Below the pieces are notes generated by a model. The model saw only the letters and a program-made list of their open reading frames with translations, was not told the origin of the DNA and searched no databases. The position numbers and the translations under genes were made by a program. Positions 60,829 through 64,000 of a stretch of DNA of 64,000 nucleotides are shown here, piece by piece. The stretch comes from Methanomicrobiales archaeon HGW-Methanomicrobiales-2 (GTDB taxonomy: Archaea > Halobacteriota > Methanomicrobia > Methanomicrobiales > Methanoculleaceae): contig PGYL01000012.1 in NCBI GenBank assembly GCA_002839645.1, positions 12,706 to 76,705 on the forward strand, given 5' to 3'. Numbering within the stretch: the first letter of the stretch is position 1; each line of letters begins with the position of its first letter.

Positions 60829-62822
60829 CCGGGATCCGGATTGCACTTACCGGCAACCCCAACGTCGGGAAAACGACGCTTTTCAACGCGCTCACCGGGT
60901 CCCGCCAGCACGTCGGGAACTGGCCGGGCGTCACGGTCGAGAAGAAGACCGGCCGGATCGACTGGAACGGCCATGCCATCGATGTGATCGATCTCCCGGG
61001 GACCTACAGCCTGACTGCCTACTCCGCGGACGAGGTCGTCGCACGGGACTATATCATTGATGAGAACCCGGATGTCGTCGTCCAGGTCGTGGACGCGACG
61101 AACCTCGAGCGGAACCTCTATCTGACGACCCAGCTTGCCGAACTCGGGGTTCCGGTCGTCATTGCCCTGAACATGGCCGATGCAGCCGAGGCCGGGGGAT
61201 ACGCCATCGACCGGGAGAAACTCTCGGCGCTCCTTGCGATCCCGGTCGTGCGGACGGTTGGAACCAGGGGCGAGGGGCTCGATGGCCTCCTCGACGCTGC
61301 GATCCGGGAGGCGGAGACGTCGCCGCACCACGAACACACCGTCGGATACGGGAACGACGCGGAGGCGATGATCGCTTCAATCGTCGACGTCCTCTCAGCC
61401 GACAAAGATCTTACAAAACGGTATCCTCTCCGCTGGCTCGCGGTCAGGCTCCTGGAAGGGGACGAGAACGCCCTCGCTAAAATCAGGGACAGCCCTGCCT
61501 TTACCGGGGTGCAGGCTCTCCTCTCCGGAATCGATCCCGACGAGTACGAGGCCGCGATGGCGGACAGGCGCTATGAGATGATCGCCGCCGTCCTACCGCA
61601 GGTGCGCACCGCGGGTGCCGGGGGCATGAACGTCTCGGAGATGGTCGACCGCGTCGTCACGGACCGGTACCTCGGCATCCCGATCTTCCTGGCCCTGATG
61701 TGGGGGGCGTTCGAACTGACGTTTGCGGTCGCAGCGCCCTTTGTAGCCCTGATCGAGGCAGGGCTTGCCTGGCTCTCCGCGACCGTGGCCGGATCGATCG
61801 AGCCCGGATGGCTTGCATCGCTCGTCGGCGACGGGATCATCGGCGGTGTCGGCGCTGTCCTCGTCTTCGTCCCGAACATCTTCATCCTCTTCCTGATCCT
61901 CTCGTTCCTCGATGACACCGGCTACCTGGCGCGGGCCGCGTTCATCATGGACCGGCTCATGTACGCCATCGGGCTGCCGGGGAAGGCGTTCATCCCGATG
62001 CTGATCGGGTTCGGGTGCAACGTCCCCGGGATCATGGCGGCCCGGACGATCGAGGGCGAGAAAGACCGGCTGATCACGATCCTGGTAAACCCGTTCATAT
62101 CCTGCAGCGCGAGGCTTCCCGTATACATCCTCTTCGCCGGCGCATTCTTCGGGGCGGGAGCAGGGGGCGTCGTCTTCCTCCTCTACATCCTCGGCATCGC
62201 CGCCGCCATCGGGTCCGCGAAACTCTTCCGGCACACGATCCTGCCGGGAGAGTCGTCCCCCTTCATCATGGAGATGCCGCCCTACCGGCTCCCGACGGCG
62301 TGGACGAGCCTGCTCCACATGTGGAGCAGAGGAGCGATGTATGTCCGGAAGGCAGGGACGATCATCCTCGTTGGGGCTCTCGTAGTCTGGTGCCTGGCAT
62401 CGCTCCCGTTCGGTGTCGATTACGGAAGCAGTGCGAGCCTTGCGGGCGCTCTCGGGCACCTGCTCGAGCCGCTCGTCGCGCCGCTCGGGTTTGACTGGAA
62501 GATCGCGGTGGCGCTGCTCTTCGGGTTCGTGGCAAAAGAGGTCGTTGTCGGATCGCTCGGCGTGCTCTACGGAACCGGGGAAGGGGGAGACGCGCTCTCG
62601 ATGGCGCTCCTCGCCGACCCCGGCCTCTCGGCGGCGACCGCACTCGCCCTGATGATCTTCGTACTGCTCTACACGCCCTGCCTCGCAACGATCGCGACCA
62701 TCCGGAAAGAGACGGGGTCGTGGCGATGGGCCGGCTTTTCGGTGGCGTACGGCCTCGTCCTCGCCTGGCTGCTGGCACTGATCGTCGGGCATATCGCCTC
62801 GCTCTTCCTCGGAGGTGCATGA
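60825..62822 (+). CDS. feoB: Ferrous iron transport protein B
   Basis: GNPNVGKT, GNWPGVTVE, DLPGTYSL, NMAD; GFGCNVP, CSARLP, YTPCLAT. Confidence 0.96.
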   Translation: MTGIRIALTGNPNVGKTTLFNALTGSRQHVGNWPGVTVEKKTGRIDWNGHAIDVIDLPGTYSLTAYSADEVVARDYIIDENPDVVVQVVDATNLERNLYLTTQLAELGVPVVIALNMADAAEAGGYAIDREKLSALLAIPVVRTVGTRGEGLDGLLDAAIREAETSPHHEHTVGYGNDAEAMIASIVDVLSADKDLTKRYPLRWLAVRLLEGDENALAKIRDSPAFTGVQALLSGIDPDEYEAAMADRRYEMIAAVLPQVRTAGAGGMNVSEMVDRVVTDRYLGIPIFLALMWGAFELTFAVAAPFVALIEAGLAWLSATVAGSIEPGWLASLVGDGIIGGVGAVLVFVPNIFILFLILSFLDDTGYLARAAFIMDRLMYAIGLPGKAFIPMLIGFGCNVPGIMAARTIEGEKDRLITILVNPFISCSARLPVYILFAGAFFGAGAGGVVFLLYILGIAAAIGSAKLFRHTILPGESSPFIMEMPPYRLPTAWTSLLHMWSRGAMYVRKAGTIILVGALVVWCLASLPFGVDYGSSASLAGALGHLLEPLVAPLGFDWKIAVALLFGFVAKEVVVGSLGVLYGTGEGGDALSMALLADPGLSAATALALMIFVLLYTPCLATIATIRKETGSWRWAGFSVAYGLVLAWLLALIVGHIASLFLGGA

Positions 62823-62823
62823 C

Positions 62824-63240
62824 ATGAGCAATGTGATAAAAGGAGTATTCGGAGCGGTGCTCGGGGTGCTCTACGGAGGTCTCGGCATGCTCCAGATCGT
62901 CTCCGCCGTCACCTATCTGGCCTTGCCGTTCGTCCCGGCCTCCTTCTTCGGCGGATTCGTGCTGCTCGTTATCGGTGCCGTTCTGCTGACAGGTGCCCGC
63001 AAGTTCGCACAGGGGCTCGATGAAGGAGTCGTATTCGTCAACGTGGGCATCCTGCTCTCGGTCGCGTTCGGGGCGGTCACGCTCCTTGCGGCCGGAGCGG
63101 GAGCACTCGAAGCGGTCATCGCAGAGGAGGCATGGTCGATTGCGGACGCGATCACCCCGGCCGTCTACCTTGCTGTGATAGGAGCCGCAGGATTCCTTGC
63201 ATGGTGCAGAACGTTCTTCCGGGGGCTCGTTGCGGCATGA
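62824..63240 (+). CDS. Four-TM membrane protein in the feo operon
   Basis: Four hydrophobic segments; directly follows feoB and overlaps the next gene (ATGA). Confidence 0.7.
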   Translation: MSNVIKGVFGAVLGVLYGGLGMLQIVSAVTYLALPFVPASFFGGFVLLVIGAVLLTGARKFAQGLDEGVVFVNVGILLSVAFGAVTLLAAGAGALEAVIAEEAWSIADAITPAVYLAVIGAAGFLAWCRTFFRGLVAA

Positions 63241-63506
63241 TGCGGAGCATCCTTGAGCGGATCGATGCAGGGGCGTTCACGCTCCCGTCGCTTGCTGCGG
63301 ACCTCGGCATATCGCGGGAGTCGCTGCTTGACCGGCTGGCGCTGATGGAGCGGCTCGGTCATATTGTCCGGGAACTGCCCTGCGAGACCGTTCCGGACAG
63401 GTGCGGGTGCTGTTCTGGTGGCTGTGGGTGCAGGGGCGCGGCCGATCTTCCGGTGCGCTACGTGCTTACCCCGAAGGGGAAGCGGCTGTGCGGACGGGGC
63501 CGATAA
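63237..63506 (+). CDS. FeoC-like winged-helix protein with a Cys cluster
   Basis: LAADLGISRESLLDRLALMERLGHI, then C-X6-CGCCSGGCGC, then YVLTPKG. Confidence 0.78.
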   Translation: MMRSILERIDAGAFTLPSLAADLGISRESLLDRLALMERLGHIVRELPCETVPDRCGCCSGGCGCRGAADLPVRYVLTPKGKRLCGRGR

Positions 63507-63526
63507 GCATTCTCGCAGCCTGTGCC

Positions 63527-64000
63527 TCATACGTCCCAAAACGGGGTGAGATCGCATCCGGTGCAGGGAAGGCACATCGTCCTCGCCCGCCGGGGGTCAA
63601 GGCCATACCGTTCCAGTACCTCGCGGGTCATCGCCGCGAGCCGGAGGAGCCGCTCCGCCGACGGACGCTCGACGGCGATCTCGCCTGCCCGGAGGGGCGA
63701 CGCGGAGATCGGCCGGAGGATGGGGATGACGCCCTGTTTGGCGAGATAGGCGACGCCGTCCCTGACCACTTCGTCTTCTTCTCCGATACCGATGATGAAG
63801 TTCGAGAAGACCGCGTTCCTCCCGAAGACCTCCACCGCCCCCTCGAGCGCGTCGAGGATGGACGGAAGGGAAAGATCGGGGCAGACCTGCGCGAAGAGGC
63901 CTGGGTCCATCGTCTCGACGTTGTACTTGATCTCGTCGGCACCGGCGGCGCGGAGGATCGCGGTCGAGTCCGCGGTCGGGTAGACCGAGACCCCGATCGG
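63527..64000 (-). CDS. Radical SAM protein (biotin-synthase-related), C-terminal part; truncated by the window end
   Basis: Open to base 64000: ADEIKYNVETMD...SNFIIGIGE...ILRP...MCLPCTGCDL. Confidence 0.75.
   Translation of the reverse strand, partial: PIGVSVYPTADSTAILRAAGADEIKYNVETMDPGLFAQVCPDLSLPSILDALEGAVEVFGRNAVFSNFIIGIGEEDEVVRDGVAYLAKQGVIPILRPISASPLRAGEIAVERPSAERLLRLAAMTREVLERYGLDPRRARTMCLPCTGCDLTPFWDV

Overview
High-GC euryarchaeal chromosome segment. Gene content and protein style point to a hydrogenotrophic methanogen of the Methanomicrobiales (Methanoculleus-like); this assignment is inferred. From left to right: the spt5-rpl11-rpl1-rpl10(P0)-rpl12 cluster; a secreted metzincin/IPT/S-layer-like/cohesin/PKD/dockerin mosaic protein with a decayed partial duplicate; Isf flavoprotein, isochorismatase-family hydrolase and hypF; two HTH regulators plus an archaeal Ski2-like helicase; apgM with a bactofilin-like gene; and the rps15-DHH-pcc1-rps3ae cluster. 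Next come tRNA-Gly followed by a tnpB-only IS200/IS605 element, a divergent msvR-like/fprA pair with MsvR boxes, sua5, a solo Cas4-like gene with a degenerate active site, and tRNA-Thr followed by an intact IS5 (IS903-group) element. An accessory stretch follows: orphan antitoxin with a toxin stub, AT-rich SLATT-like 2TM gene, arylsulfatase-anSME-transporter module, orphan histidine kinase and SauUSI-like PLD-helicase. The strongest candidate for an undescribed system is the right third of the window. A tRNA-Cys-led, translationally coupled sulfur operon (tRNA-Cys-pscS-metY-metX/CBS-DUF1890-DUF1894-thiI-cysK-cysE) ends in a CysE fused to a SufT/DUF59 Fe-S maturation domain. Tandem copies of one palindrome (TT[A/C]ACAATTGT[T/G]A[A/T]) lie at its promoter and again at the nadA/hypothetical divergent promoter. 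A DtxR-type regulator and a feoAAB-feoC-like iron-uptake operon with DtxR boxes lie directly beside it. Family assignments come from recognising motifs by eye; no searches were run.
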